Assembly: GCF_016432865.1 (NCBI RefSeq)
Contig: NC_067398.1
Coordinates: 198,586,001 to 198,650,000 of the forward strand
DNA length: 64,000 nucleotides
Reading direction: 5' to 3'
DNA from: Antechinus flavipes
Taxonomy: Eukaryota
Made by a program: the position numbers and the translations under genes. The stretch's first letter is position 1; each line of letters opens with the position of its first letter. The notes below the pieces were generated by a model that was given only the letters and a program-made list of their open reading frames with translations, was not told where the DNA came from and made no database searches. Of the stretch, positions 1 through 11,885 are shown piece by piece.

Positions 1-695
1 GGCTTATATCCCAATGAGATACTAAAGAAGGAAAGGGACCTGTATGTGCCAAAATGTTTGTGGCAGCCCTGTTTGTAGTGGCTAGAAACTGGAAAATGAA
101 TGGATGCCCATCAATTGGAGAATGGTTGGGTAAATTGTGGTATATGAATGTTATATAATATTATTGTTCTGGAAGAAACAATCAGCAGGATGATACAGAA
201 AGGCTTGGAGAGACTTACATGAACTGATGTTGAGTGAAATGAGCAGAACCAGGAGATCATCATATACTTCAACAACGATACTGTATGAGGATATATTCTG
301 ATGGAAGTGGATTTTTTCGACAAAGAGAAGATCTAACTCAGTTTCAATCAATCAGTGATGGACAGAAGCTGCTTCACCCAAAGAAAGAACACTGGGAAAT
401 GAATGTTAACTGTTTGCATTTTGGTTCTTCTTCCCGGATTATTTTTATCTTCTGATTTCAATTCTCCCTGTGCAACAAGAGAACTGTTCGGTTCTGCACA
501 CATATATTATATCTAGGATATACTGTGACATATTTAACATGTATAGAAGTGTTTGCCATCTGGGGGAGGGAGGAGAGGGAGGGAAAGAAGGGAGGAGAAA
601 AGTCAGAACAGAAGTGAGTGCAAGGGCTAATGTTGTAAAAAATTACCCAGGCATGGATTCTGAAAATAAAAAGTTATAATTATGAAAAAAAAGAA
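1..695 (+). mobile_element. LINE-1 3' end (ORF2 C-terminus, 3' UTR, short A tail), young marsupial-type; runs off the left edge
   Basis: Translates as ...KGPVCAKMFVAALFVVARNWKMNGCPSIGEWLGKLWYMNV (L1 ORF2 C-terminus), followed by the typical 3' UTR with a G-rich tract, AATAAA near 665 and an A-rich tail at about 685-695. Confidence 0.92.
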
Positions 696-967
696 ATTTA
701 TCTGAAGACACCAAGAAATTCAATGACTTGCATATGACTATATAAACCTAACAAGATTAAAGGCATAAAAAACATTTTTGATTTGTCTCTCTGGAGGATA
801 TTGATACTTATGACTACTTTATGAGCCCAATGGAGTGTGATGAGAATAGAAAGGATACTCCAGCCTATTGGGCCAGAGAGAACTCTAGTGATCCATTAAA
901 GGCTCAAGATAACGAAGAGGTGGAAGGGAAGGAAAATAGCATTTTACAAATATTGTCTCATTTGGAC

Positions 968-1262
968 CTCCCAACTACCCTGTGAGATAGGTGCTGTTAG
1001 TATTTCACAGTTGAGGAAACTGAGAGAAATTGAGGTTTAAGTGACTTGCCCAGGATCACACAACCAGTGACTCTCTGAGGCTGAATTTAAACTTGTTTTC
1101 CTCCCTTTGGGCCAAGCATTCTATCCACAGTACCATCTGGTTGACAATAGAGAGCTATTAAGTGACTTAGGATCACGTAATTAATGAGTATTTGAAACAG
1201 GATTAGAACTCAGATCTTGCTGACTCCAAGTCTAATACTTTATTCACTGCATCTTCCAGTGT
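968..1262 (-). mobile_element. Two adjacent MIR/MAR1-family (CORE) SINE fragments
   Basis: CORE motifs acagttgaggaaactgag and ttaagtgacttgcccaggatcacaca, plus reverse-complemented tRNA-like heads near 1100-1141 and 1200-1262. Confidence 0.7.
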
Positions 1263-2499
1263 CCCTAAAATGGATACAGATATTTTGACCAGTTTTGCTC
1301 ATAAATAATTAAAATATGATAAATCTAACTATATGTCAATAGAAGGAAGGTTCTGAATTTTTATATCAAGCTGCAAATTTATCAACCATTTTAGTTATCC
1401 ATCTAAAGATATCCATAATATAAATATTTGTTAGACTATATTTGCTCACCTCACTTATTGATTATTGATCTTTCTAATTAAATAAAAATTGTTCATAGTT
1501 CCACTGTGCCACTCACTCACTAGGATATAGGTCATTTTGCATGTTTACCCTGACACCCACTTTTTCCTTTCCTCCACCTCAATAATAAGGATTCTTCTGG
1601 AATTATTGGAGCTCAAAACCATTTCATTCAAACATAGCAGTAGCAAAGGATTATATCTATGTTCTATTTGTTGACTTAGTTAGCCCCATGCCTTGGGTTC
1701 ATTCCACCAGTAAATCTTCTACTGAGTGTTTCTACTCAAAACTGGAGAGAGCTTTCAGGTAAAACTATCTTAGCTGAAGATTGGAGGAGAATTATCTCAA
1801 GTGTGCCTCACACTTCATTAAGTAGAAAGAGCTGAGGGTTCCACTTATGTTTCCTTATCCATTAGACAAGTCAAGAATCTGACCATTTGCTTGACATCCT
1901 TCTACTCAGGCCAACTAGAGGCTTTTCTAAATTCCTTTAAATTCTGCCCCAAGTTCTGGAGCAGAGCTCATTTGATTGAAAATTGAAAGGGAGGGGAGGG
2001 CAAGTGCTGACTTTGTGTCTCCAGTACCTTACACAGAGCCTGTCTCTTAATAGATGCTTGTTAAAGAATTATTGGATTAATTAATTAATTAAAATTCCTA
2101 AAACAAGGTTTACTAATGCAACTTTATGTGCCAATAGAACAAATGGGCTAACAGGAAAAAAATAATGCTAAGAAATAAAGCAAAAAAGAAAATAAAATTG
2201 CATTAACAGGAAAAAGTTTGTTCTCCTATCTGCATCTACTTTTCCAAGTTGAGATTACTAGAACAACATTGTGCCTCTGATGAGAAATAGCTCTTGAGAT
2301 GACCATGGAGCCATGCTGGGACCATCTAGGGAGAAATCAGCAAATCAGCAAAACTCCAAATAATTATTGTTAATTCATGCAAAGGAGAAAGAGAACAGGT
2401 AAATGTCCTGTGTCCCAGAAGCCTCATCTTACGGGATGTGGACTCTGTCAACTTCAAAGTGAGTACAAATACAAATATTTTTGATCTTTTATTAATCCA

Positions 2500-3640
2500 A
2501 ATGAATTTTGTTATTATTTTGTCTTAGCTTCATAAGATTTTTTTGGCAATTTAATTGTAATGACATTGACTAATTAGATTAAGTAGAATTGTCATTTTTA
2601 TTATATTGGTTCTGCCCACCCATTAACAATTAATCTTCCTCCAATTATTTAAATCTGACTTTGAATAAAAAGTATTTTATGATTATCATCTAGTTCCATG
2701 TATTTTATACTGATTATGATTATTTTAAATGAAGTATTCATTGCTTATTATCTCTTCTTGCAGGATTTTCTTGGTGATATATAAAAGTGCTGATGATTTA
2801 TGTTGGTTTATTTTATATTCTGGTACTTTGCTAAAATTATTGATAATTTCAACTAGGTTTTTAATTGAATCAATGGGATTTTCCAAGTATAATATGATAA
2901 TCATCGGCAGAAAGAGATAGTTCTATTACCTCATTGCCCAGATTCCTTCAATTTCTCTTTCTTCTCTTTTTCTTATAGCATTTTTAATACAATATTGAGT
3001 AATATTACTGATAATGGGCATCTTTGTCTCACTCCCGGTTTTACTGAGAAAGAAAGAAAAGCTTTCCTTACACTGTAAGGAAAAATTCATTCATATCCAA
3101 ACTTTCAAGGGTCTTTTTTTTATTTAAACAGGAATGAGTGTTGCATTTTGTCAAGTTTTTTTTTTTTTGCATCTATTGATAGTTATATGATTTTTAAACT
3201 TTTATTATTGACATGATAAATTATTTTGATAGTTTTCCTTATGTCAAACCTTTCTTGTACTCCTGGTATAAATTCCACTTGAATATAATGTATAATCTTT
3301 GTGATTTGTTATTGTAGTTTCCTAGGTAGGATTTTTTTTTTTTAGGATTTTGGCATCCATATTCATTAATGAAATTGGTCTATAATGGGTTTTTTCTGTT
3401 TTTGCTCTTTCTAGTTTAAGTATAAATACCATATTTGCTTCATAAAAGGAGTTTGATGATAGAATTCTTTTGCCTAAAGTTCCAATGATTTATTTAACAT
3501 TAGGATGATTTGATCTTTAAAAGTTTGATAGAATTCACTTGTAAATTCTTTTAGACCTGATGTTTTGTTTTGTTTTAGGAAGTTCATTTATGGCCTATCA
3601 ATTTCTTTTCCTAAAATGGGTTTGTTTAGATACTCTTTCA
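2500..3640 (-). mobile_element. LINE-1 ORF2 reverse-transcriptase fragment, decayed
   Basis: Minus strand near 2890-2750 reads approximately LSAD-D-IILYLENPIDSIKNLVEIINNFSKVPEYKINQHKSSAFIYITKKILQEEI, matching the L1 RT FADD region. Confidence 0.85.
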
Positions 3641-5147
3641 CCTCACTTTTCTATGTTCTTGAGTTGAGCTCAGGAATTTATCTTTCCCCCTTTGTTTAAA
3701 CTTATAAAGTTATAATTATTATAATTATTGCATTCAAGTTATAAAGTTGTAATTGAAAGAAGAGTTGATATCTTTCATGTCAGTATTTCCAGTACATGTT
3801 TGTTATCTTTAAGCTAACTTGATACTATTCCCAAAAAGATATGTTATCTATCCTTGTCTGTCTTTATGCAATTAGAGAACATTTCATCTCTTCCAAGGAG
3901 ACGGCATGTCAGGTAGTTTTGATGTCCTAGCAAAGATTACAAGATAAAAATGGGTCCCATAAAGCAGTTAACATTCCCTAATGCTCAAAAAGAGATATGA
4001 TCAGCCTTTTCTGAATGTCAAGCCACCTTCATTAGTATAGCTAATTGTAATATTCCAAGATTACCAAGATTCCTTCTTTCTTAAGTGTCAACAATATGGT
4101 GCCCTTCTCTTTAGAGTTGCTGACTTTAATAGAGTGGCCAGTCTGACCCATTTTGTTAACAAGTTATACAAGTCACTGTTAATAAATTGATCTTGTACAG
4201 AATCAGTAGACTGTACCTCAGTCTACTTTCATTAAATTTATTCAAGACAGTTTTGAAAATCCCACGAGATTAGGGAATGGAGCTTCATTCTTCAAATTCA
4301 CTTAGGGAAAGCCCTCTCTTTTCTTCTGGGTGTCCCTGGTTTGATGTTTCACCTGAAGGGAGGGCTTCTAGAGAACTTCATTTAAGACCTAATTCTCTCA
4401 TAAAATGCAGATCTCTGAACTTATCTTTTAGTTCCCCATCAGGGAAAAGTCACAATTTTATCTATTTATATTTGTCTTGAGATGCTGTTTTGTGTTTAGT
4501 ATGAGAATTTGGAAATAATTGGACAATAGCAAAATCCCCTGGGAACAGTCCCTTGAAGGAATTTTTTTCCCCAAGGAAAACTCCTCCCAAATTGAGGGTG
4601 GAGTTTAATCAGAGAGTATAAACTATATTGATACTTTTCAGCACATATGAAGGGTTCAGGAAGTCTTGTCTTCTTTGTCAAAGACAGAGATAACTAAAGC
4701 ATAGAACAAATTAATTTAAATCCCAATATTGCTCTGAAAAAGGGGTTCTTACGTATGCACACTGATTCTTTTTGGAACTCCATTAACAATGCTTAATATT
4801 GCTATTGGTTTATTTGTGTAAACGAAGCTATAGTCTTCCCATGACCTGATCAGTCTGAGAGTATTGTATAACAGATCTCTGAAGACATCTAGTGACCAAA
4901 GTGGGAATAACAACATGCTTGTCTTTATTTTTGTGTATGAAATTTCTAAGTTTTCTAAGACTTCAGAGTGATAGTCTCTTTCTGCTACCTGACTCTGGCC
5001 AGGTTAGGTTAGAAAGTAAACAAGAGACAGAGATAAGAGGAGTCTGAAGGGAATTTATGGCATCATAAACTAATCATATTAAAATGTAATTCCTTTAAAA
5101 TGAATTTCCAAATTTGTTAACTGAAAAATTTTATACTTTAATCATGA

Positions 5148-5630
5148 TTATAAGAAATGATGACCAGAATGCTTTCAGAAAAAATTTGGAAGACTTACAC
5201 AAAATGATACAAAGTAAAATGAGCAGAACCAAGAGAACTTTGTACACAATAATAGAAAAGCTGCATGATGACCAACTGTGAATGATTTAGCTATTCTCAG
5301 CAATACAATGATTCAAAACAATTCAAAGAACTCATGATTAAAAATGCCATCCACATCCAGAAATAGGTAGAATCTAAATGTAGTTCAAATCATACTGTTT
5401 TTTATTTATTTTTATTTTGGGGGAGAAGAGGGTTGGTGTCTTCTTTTGTGACATGACAATATGGAAATAAATTATGTATGGTTTTACATGTAGAATCTAT
5501 ATCAAATGGCTTACCATATCAGAGAGGAAGAAAAGAGGAGAGAGAAAGAGAATTTGGAATTCAAAAAAAATTAAAATGTTTATAATTATCTTTTCTTATA
5601 ATTGGAAGGAATAAAATATTATTTTAAAAG
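5148..5630 (+). mobile_element. Older LINE-1 3' end
   Basis: tataagaaatgatga...aaatgagcagaaccaagagaac...gctattctcagcaatacaatgat L1 3' signature ending in an A-rich tail. Confidence 0.8.
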
Positions 5631-5909
5631 AATTGCAAAATGCAATTCTGTAGATCTGGAAATTACACAACATTTGTCTGGATATTTTTTTTAAAAAGGA
5701 GGAAAGACTGAATCTGCAGAGAAAACTATCTAGATTCTGAAAAGTGAAAAGTAGTATCAGTGAGATTCCAAAATGAAGAATAAATATATATGTAAAAAAA
5801 GAGAGAGTAAGTAAAATTTAATTTTTAAAAAATGCTTTGTGTTACTTCTGTGAATAACATCAAAAAACTGAACTGTTATTTGAATAGACCAGGCATTAAT
5901 AAATTGTTG

Positions 5910-7770
5910 CTTGATTGTTGTCCTTCATTCTTGAATAATACCAAAATGTGAGTCAGGGTACAGTGTTTTCAACTATGGCTGATCAGAGCAATATGAACTC
6001 AGAAGACTATCACAGCTTGAACCCAAATAAGCCACATGAATATTTGGAGTGGATGTCTCCAAATTTGTGCATCTCACATTTCTTTTGAACTACTGCAATT
6101 CTCTTTCACTCATAGAGCACAGGTCCTTCTTTAATGTGAGGGCACAATGCTGGGCAATCTTGTGCCAGCATCTCCCATGTCACACAATCAATCCAAAAAT
6201 TCTTCAGAGAACCACTGAAAGTGTCTGTATCTTTGACTTCCATGTGATTGATTGCTTGCCTTGTGTTAAGTTCTCCATAAAAGTATTTCGGGCAAAAAAA
6301 GGTTGGCATTTGAACAAATGGTCAGCCAATTGTAATTGCCCTCTCTGCTGTAGAGTTTGAATGTTTGGCAGTTCAGCTTGAGAAAGATCCTCAGTGTCTG
6401 ATACCTTATTTTGATACTCAGAATCAACTTAAGGCAACTTAATTGGAAACATTTCAGTTTCCTGGCATGCTGGTATACTGTCCAGGTTTCACAGACATAT
6501 AACAATAACAGTATTACAAAGGCTTTGTACAATTTTTGTACAAAAATTAGCCAGCCTAAAACCTCTTCTCTCTCACACTTTCTTTCAGAGTCTCCCAAAC
6601 ACTAAACTAATTCTGGCAATGCTTTTGTCAATCTCATCATCTATGGCCACTCCCTGGAAAGTGTACTGCCAAGGTCAATGAATTTATCAGCAGTATTAAA
6701 AATGTCTCCATTTGCTGTAACCAATTATATCACATATGGATGGTATGGTGGTAGCTGGTAGAGAATCTATGTTTTCTTGCTGTTAATTGTTAGGTCAAAA
6801 TTAGTATAAGCAGGAGAGAATCAATCCTTACTTTGTTGCATTTTAGTATCAGAGGCTGCAGTGAGTCTGAGAGGCTTATCTGCGAACAGCTCTCTCTCCA
6901 CTTTAGTCTTAGCTTGTAGTCCTTTCAAGTTAAGTGATTTAACATCACTGTGAGAGCTGACCCTGATGCTGTTTTCATCTCTGTTGAAGGTGTCTGACAA
7001 CATTGCTGAAAACATCATGCTCACAAGCATGGGAGCAAGCACATTATTCCATTGGTAACGAGGAAAACTCAAGATTGTTGTCCATTATTCAGACCTATTC
7101 AAGCAAGCTGTCATTAAATACAATACTGGCAATCAAATTTTGACATAATTCTCCACATGCTTTCACAGCTGAAAGGATCAAAGGCTTTGGTCAGATCAAC
7201 AACTTTTGTGTACTGATCTCTGTTCTGCTTCTATTATTTCTCTTGGAGCTGTTGGGCAGCAAATACCATATCAGCTGTTTTTTGGCCACACTGGCTTTCT
7301 AGTATATGACAATGAAAGATCAGCCTCTTAAGGAGGACTCTGGCAAGAATTTTGCCAACAATGACTAAGAGACCTATCCTTCCCCCAATGTGATTGTTAT
7401 AAGACAATCTATTTCCTTTACTTTTATAGAGTTGAACAACAGAGGCATCCAATGGCAAGACAAAAATCAAGTTAATGGTTTGGGATGTAATGGATGATCT
7501 TGGTATCTTTAATGTCTAACCAAATTCTCAGTGTTCCCAGTGTCTGCTTCCACTGCTCTTATAACTGTTGGAACAAATTGTTCTCATCCATCCGTTCAAC
7601 TAGAAGTCTTCACATGCTTTTGGTAGATACCTACCTAACTCACCAACAAGTTCCTCAGTTATCCTCAACCTGGTTTAGCCCATCTGCCCAAACAGTTTAC
7701 TGGAGTCTGTCTGCTGCACATGCAATAGCTTCTTTGAGCCACAGATGAGAATTAGGTGAATCAGATAGAT
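5910..7770 (-). mobile_element. RTE-clade LINE (marsupial RTE-1-like), RT domain to 3' end, decayed
   Basis: Minus-strand peptides VLAPMLVSMMFSAMLSDTF...LNLKGLQAKTKV, IGLLVIVGKILARVLLKRL...ESQCG, LLYVCETWTVYQHARKL and SLKNFWIDCVTWEMLAQD are RTE RT and C-terminal motifs. Confidence 0.88.
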
Positions 7771-8099
7771 ACCAAAGGTAGAAAACAATTTTGAATAAGA
7801 CTGAATACACCACGTGCTTCAAGTAAGTTATAAATTAGAGCCGGGAAAATAAAGATTCCCCCTCTCTTATGCTTTGTGAAGACCATTTTGACAGCTCTGT
7901 AAATAATAAATTGGAGAGGAAATATATTCAAGGCAGGGAGACCATTAGTCCCAATAAGGAATGGCAGGGGATTGATCTACAATAATGTTAAATGTTTGAA
8001 CTGAGAGAAAATGGTCTGAGCATGACCAATTTATTAGTTAGACTAATAGTAACCAATAAATTGGATTAGTGGTCTCTCAGTGACCCAACACCAGAGGTA

Positions 8100-8520
8100 G
8101 GGCTCACTTTAGTGTAGTTAAATAAGTCCAGAAAAAGTAGTTTGGAGTCAGGTTATGAAGACCTTAAAATGCTAAGCAGGAGAGTTTGAATTTGGCCCTA
8201 CAGGTAATAGAGCATGACTGTAATTTATTGAGTAAGAAAGTAATATGGTCAGGTTTATGCTTGATGAAAATCACTGTGGCAGCTCTATGATGGATGGATT
8301 GATGAGGAGAAAACTAGTTAGTTGCCTACTATCATAGTACAGTCAAGAAGTGATGAAGATCTGAAGTAGGGTGGTTATAGTGTAAGTGGCAAGAAAGGGA
8401 TGGATGCAAGAGATCTCAACAAGACTTAGTAGCTAGTTGGATAGCTGAGTGAGAGAGTGAGGGTTTGAGTATCAATCAGTCAATAAACATTAAGTGCCAT
8501 GTTATATGCCAGGCACAGGG
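8100..8520 (-). mobile_element. L2 LINE remnant
   Basis: aggagagtttgaatttggccctacaggtaatagag...aaaatcactgtggcagc is the antisense L2 ORF2 signature; tcaatcagtcaataaacattaagtgcc is the L2 3' end. Confidence 0.65.
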
Positions 8521-11149
8521 TAATTAAAAAAAAATGGTCCAGCACAATATTCCTTCAAAAAGACTCTGGGAAGAAGTAAAAACACACAAACAAACAAAAA
8601 TCAACAATAAAAAGCAAGTAGTCTTCATCATGTCCCTATCCCCAACTAGTTACACTAGAAATTTGGGGGAACCTTCCCTTGAGTGAGATCTAGAACTACC
8701 TTCTGGATTGAGCTGCCTTATCTTGCTCCCAATGGGAAAGCCCCTTTACTCTGTATTATCTGGTATATGTTATCATATATATATATATATCTTGTTTGCT
8801 TTCTGTTTTGCTATATTTGGATAAATGGGATCCTTTGCTATAAACACTTTGGAAACAGTATTTTGTGGGAAAGGGGCCAAGCTTTGTATGTAAAACTTGG
8901 GATTCTTCTTCCTTCCCAAAATTACAGAAATCAAAAATTATACTGAACCTAGTTTTATTCCTTAGACTAAATATTTAGGGGAGCAGACAGATAAAATTCT
9001 AGCCCAGTATCCCCTCTCCCTGAGGAGAGCAGACTGGTTTCCCTTCACCTCAACTTTTTCACCCTTTCCTCCTGGCAGGAATGAAAGTTACATAATACAT
9101 AAATTAGATGAGTTTTTGTATTTTATTGTAATGGAGTTTGTTTATATTTCCTTATTACTGAACTCATTTAACCTCTCTGTTTTTGAAATTCTTTTTCATA
9201 GAGGAAGAAGAGGAGGAGGTTAGAAGTGCTAATTCAATGGCAAATTTTTTTTAACAGTAAGAAAATTGAAAAGTAACCTGAGAATTGGAAAGTTCTTGTT
9301 GTTTTCACACCTACAATTTTCTTTTGGGAGTATCTTGACAAAGCTCTTTTTTTTTTCCTATGCAAAAAGATAACTTCAAGTTGGAAAAATATTATTTAAA
9401 CAGGTATGAGTTCTAATGCAAAAGGGATTTTTTTCTTTTGGAAGTTACAACCATATTTTTTCTTAAAATTTTAATTATTCAATTTTTAAAGTTCATTAGA
9501 TTTTTATGTGATGTTATGCTCTAAGAAAATAACATAAAAGTCATTACATATATGTTTCCTAAGTTTTTAGAAGTTTTGCATAACACAGTGTTGCTATTAT
9601 TATAAGAGGAATAAACTGCCAAATCTCCCTCATCCCATCCCTAAGATTTTTGTGCTTTATTGAGGCTTAGTGGAACTTCAAAATATTTACATGATAGAAA
9701 TATTTTTTCTAGGGAAGCTTGATGAAAATCAAAAAGACAAACAAAATGGATTATGATTGTTTATTTGCTTCCTCGGATATAATAAAGAGATAAAGGCTGT
9801 TGAGGTATACTTCCTGTCTCCTGAGGTAGGGAAGAAGTAAAAGAAAGTCATTTAATCTAACCAGGATAGGAGTAAAGTCTCTGCTGACAAGGAAGAAATA
9901 GTAGAGGAAGAATGGTCTCCAAATAACCTGAGCAGTCTTTTTGAGTATTTGTTGGATGAAATTGAGTTAGATAAAAAGATAAGTCTAAATATATGGATTG
10001 ATTTGCTTGACTTAACTTACTTGTTATCAGAAAGGAATCCTACTTGAGGGGGAAGGAGATATGAGTGGAAGGAATTGACAAGTAATAATAATCAAGTCAC
10101 ATATCAAGAAGATTAAAAAAGAAGAGCATTAATGAAATAAAAAACACATAAAACAGGACATAAGAAAGTTCAAAAGGGGACACAAACAGGACAGTTCTGT
10201 TACAATTATATTAAATTTAATATACACTTTCAAAAACTGTGTTAATAGAAGTTCACAATTTCCCACAAAATCTTTTTTGTTCTATTCTGTTCTCTACATA
10301 TTGCAATTCGTGTTAGCTCATAGTGAAGTTCATACTTCTTTGAAAATCAAAGAAAGAGGCCTAAAAATCAAAAAATGCCACAAAAACCTGCAGCCCTGAA
10401 GTCTGGCTCTAAAAGAATATTTACCTGAAACAATAGCAGCAATAAGTGAGACAGTTTTAACGTGCACAACCAAGGAATCTGTAGTAACCGTGGCATAGAA
10501 ATAGCTTTGGAGTAAAAAGGAGCAGAAGCAAAGTTTTGGGACTTAGCTTCTTCAGAAAGAATTTTCAGCAAATGTCAGCTAAACAAGCAAGATGCTAAGT
10601 GTCCAAGTGTTTCCACTGCAGTACAAAATAGCCCTTTCTTCTTCATTGTGGTAGACACATTTCTCTAGGAGGGCACTATGGGGCTTTTCCCATTGGCACA
10701 TGTTTATAAGAAGATTGTTCTCATGTATTTATTGGAGATCTAAAGCTACTACACAGCATTTCCCTGTTATTAATTGTATTATTCTGTTTCAGTTGCATGA
10801 TCTGCTATTTGACTTATGGTTCCTATTAGATCTGCAAAGAATAATCTGGAAAGATGGTGGTTCCAGCCAAATGCACTTGCTCATACTGAAACTGAGAATT
10901 TTGAGGAGTCTAAATTGAGTGAAAGCCTATTACACAACATTTATGAATCCAATATAAATAACAGTAAAGCTTAGATATGCATATTACTTCAAAATCGAAT
11001 GAGATAAGAGAAATACAGATAAAAAACAATAGTTTAAAAGTATATATATTTTAAATTGAGTAGATTATTTAGACAAACCATTTTATTTAAACATTTTTAC
11101 ATATTTTTCAATTCATTCAATTATTCTGTATTGGAACAGATTTTAGAAA

Positions 11150-11700
11150 GATTTATAAACTAAGCATAGACCCACATCTTACATCCTATACCAAGATAAG
11201 ATTTAAATACATTCATGATGTAGACATAAAGGATGATACTATAAGCACATTAAGAGAGTAAGAAATAGTTCCCCTATCAGACTTTTGGAAAAGGAAGGAT
11301 CAAAGAAGAAATAGAGAGCATGATGAAAAGCAAAATAGATAATTCTGATTACCTTAAATTAAAGAAAAGTTTTGTACAAACAAAACCAATGGAGCAAAAA
11401 TCAGAAAAGGAAGCAGAAAGCTGGGAAACAATTTTTACAACCAATTGTTTCTGATAAAGGCTTAATTTCTAAAATATAGAGAGGACTGAGTCATATTTTA
11501 TAAGAATACAAGTCATTCCCTAATTGATAAATGGCTAAAGGATAGGAACAAGCAGTTTTCAGATGAGGATATTAAAGCTTTCTATAGTCATCTGAAAAAA
11601 AAATGCTCTAAATCTTTATTGACTAGAGAAATGCAAATTAAAACCACTCTGAGGTACTACCTTATACCCATCAGTTTGGCTAATATAACAAGAAAAGATT
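11150..11700 (+). mobile_element. LINE-1 ORF2 C-terminal fragment
   Basis: gacccacatcttacatcctataccaagataag...ctgataaaggcttaatttctaaaatatagag...gaaatgcaaattaaaaccactctgaggtac. Confidence 0.85.
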
Positions 11701-11709
11701 ATCATACAA

Positions 11710-11885
11710 GTCTTTCCATGTTTTGCTAAAATCATTGAGCTAAAATCATTTCTTATTACACAGTAGTATGGAATACTACTCAATTATATACCACAATTTG
11801 TTTAGCCATTCCCCAATTAAAGGGTATTTCTGCAGTTTCCAGTTCTTTGCCACCACAAAGAGAGCTACTATAAACATTTTGGAAA
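11710..11885 (-). mobile_element. LINE-1 3' fragment, opposite orientation
   Basis: Reverse complement reads aaatgtttatagtagctctctttgtggtggcaaagaactggaaactg...aattgtggtata. Confidence 0.75.

Noticed and set aside
11150-11885. Twin-priming inversion of a single L1
   Set aside because: The two fragments meet tail to tail, whereas twin priming gives a head-to-head junction, so they are more likely independent insertions.
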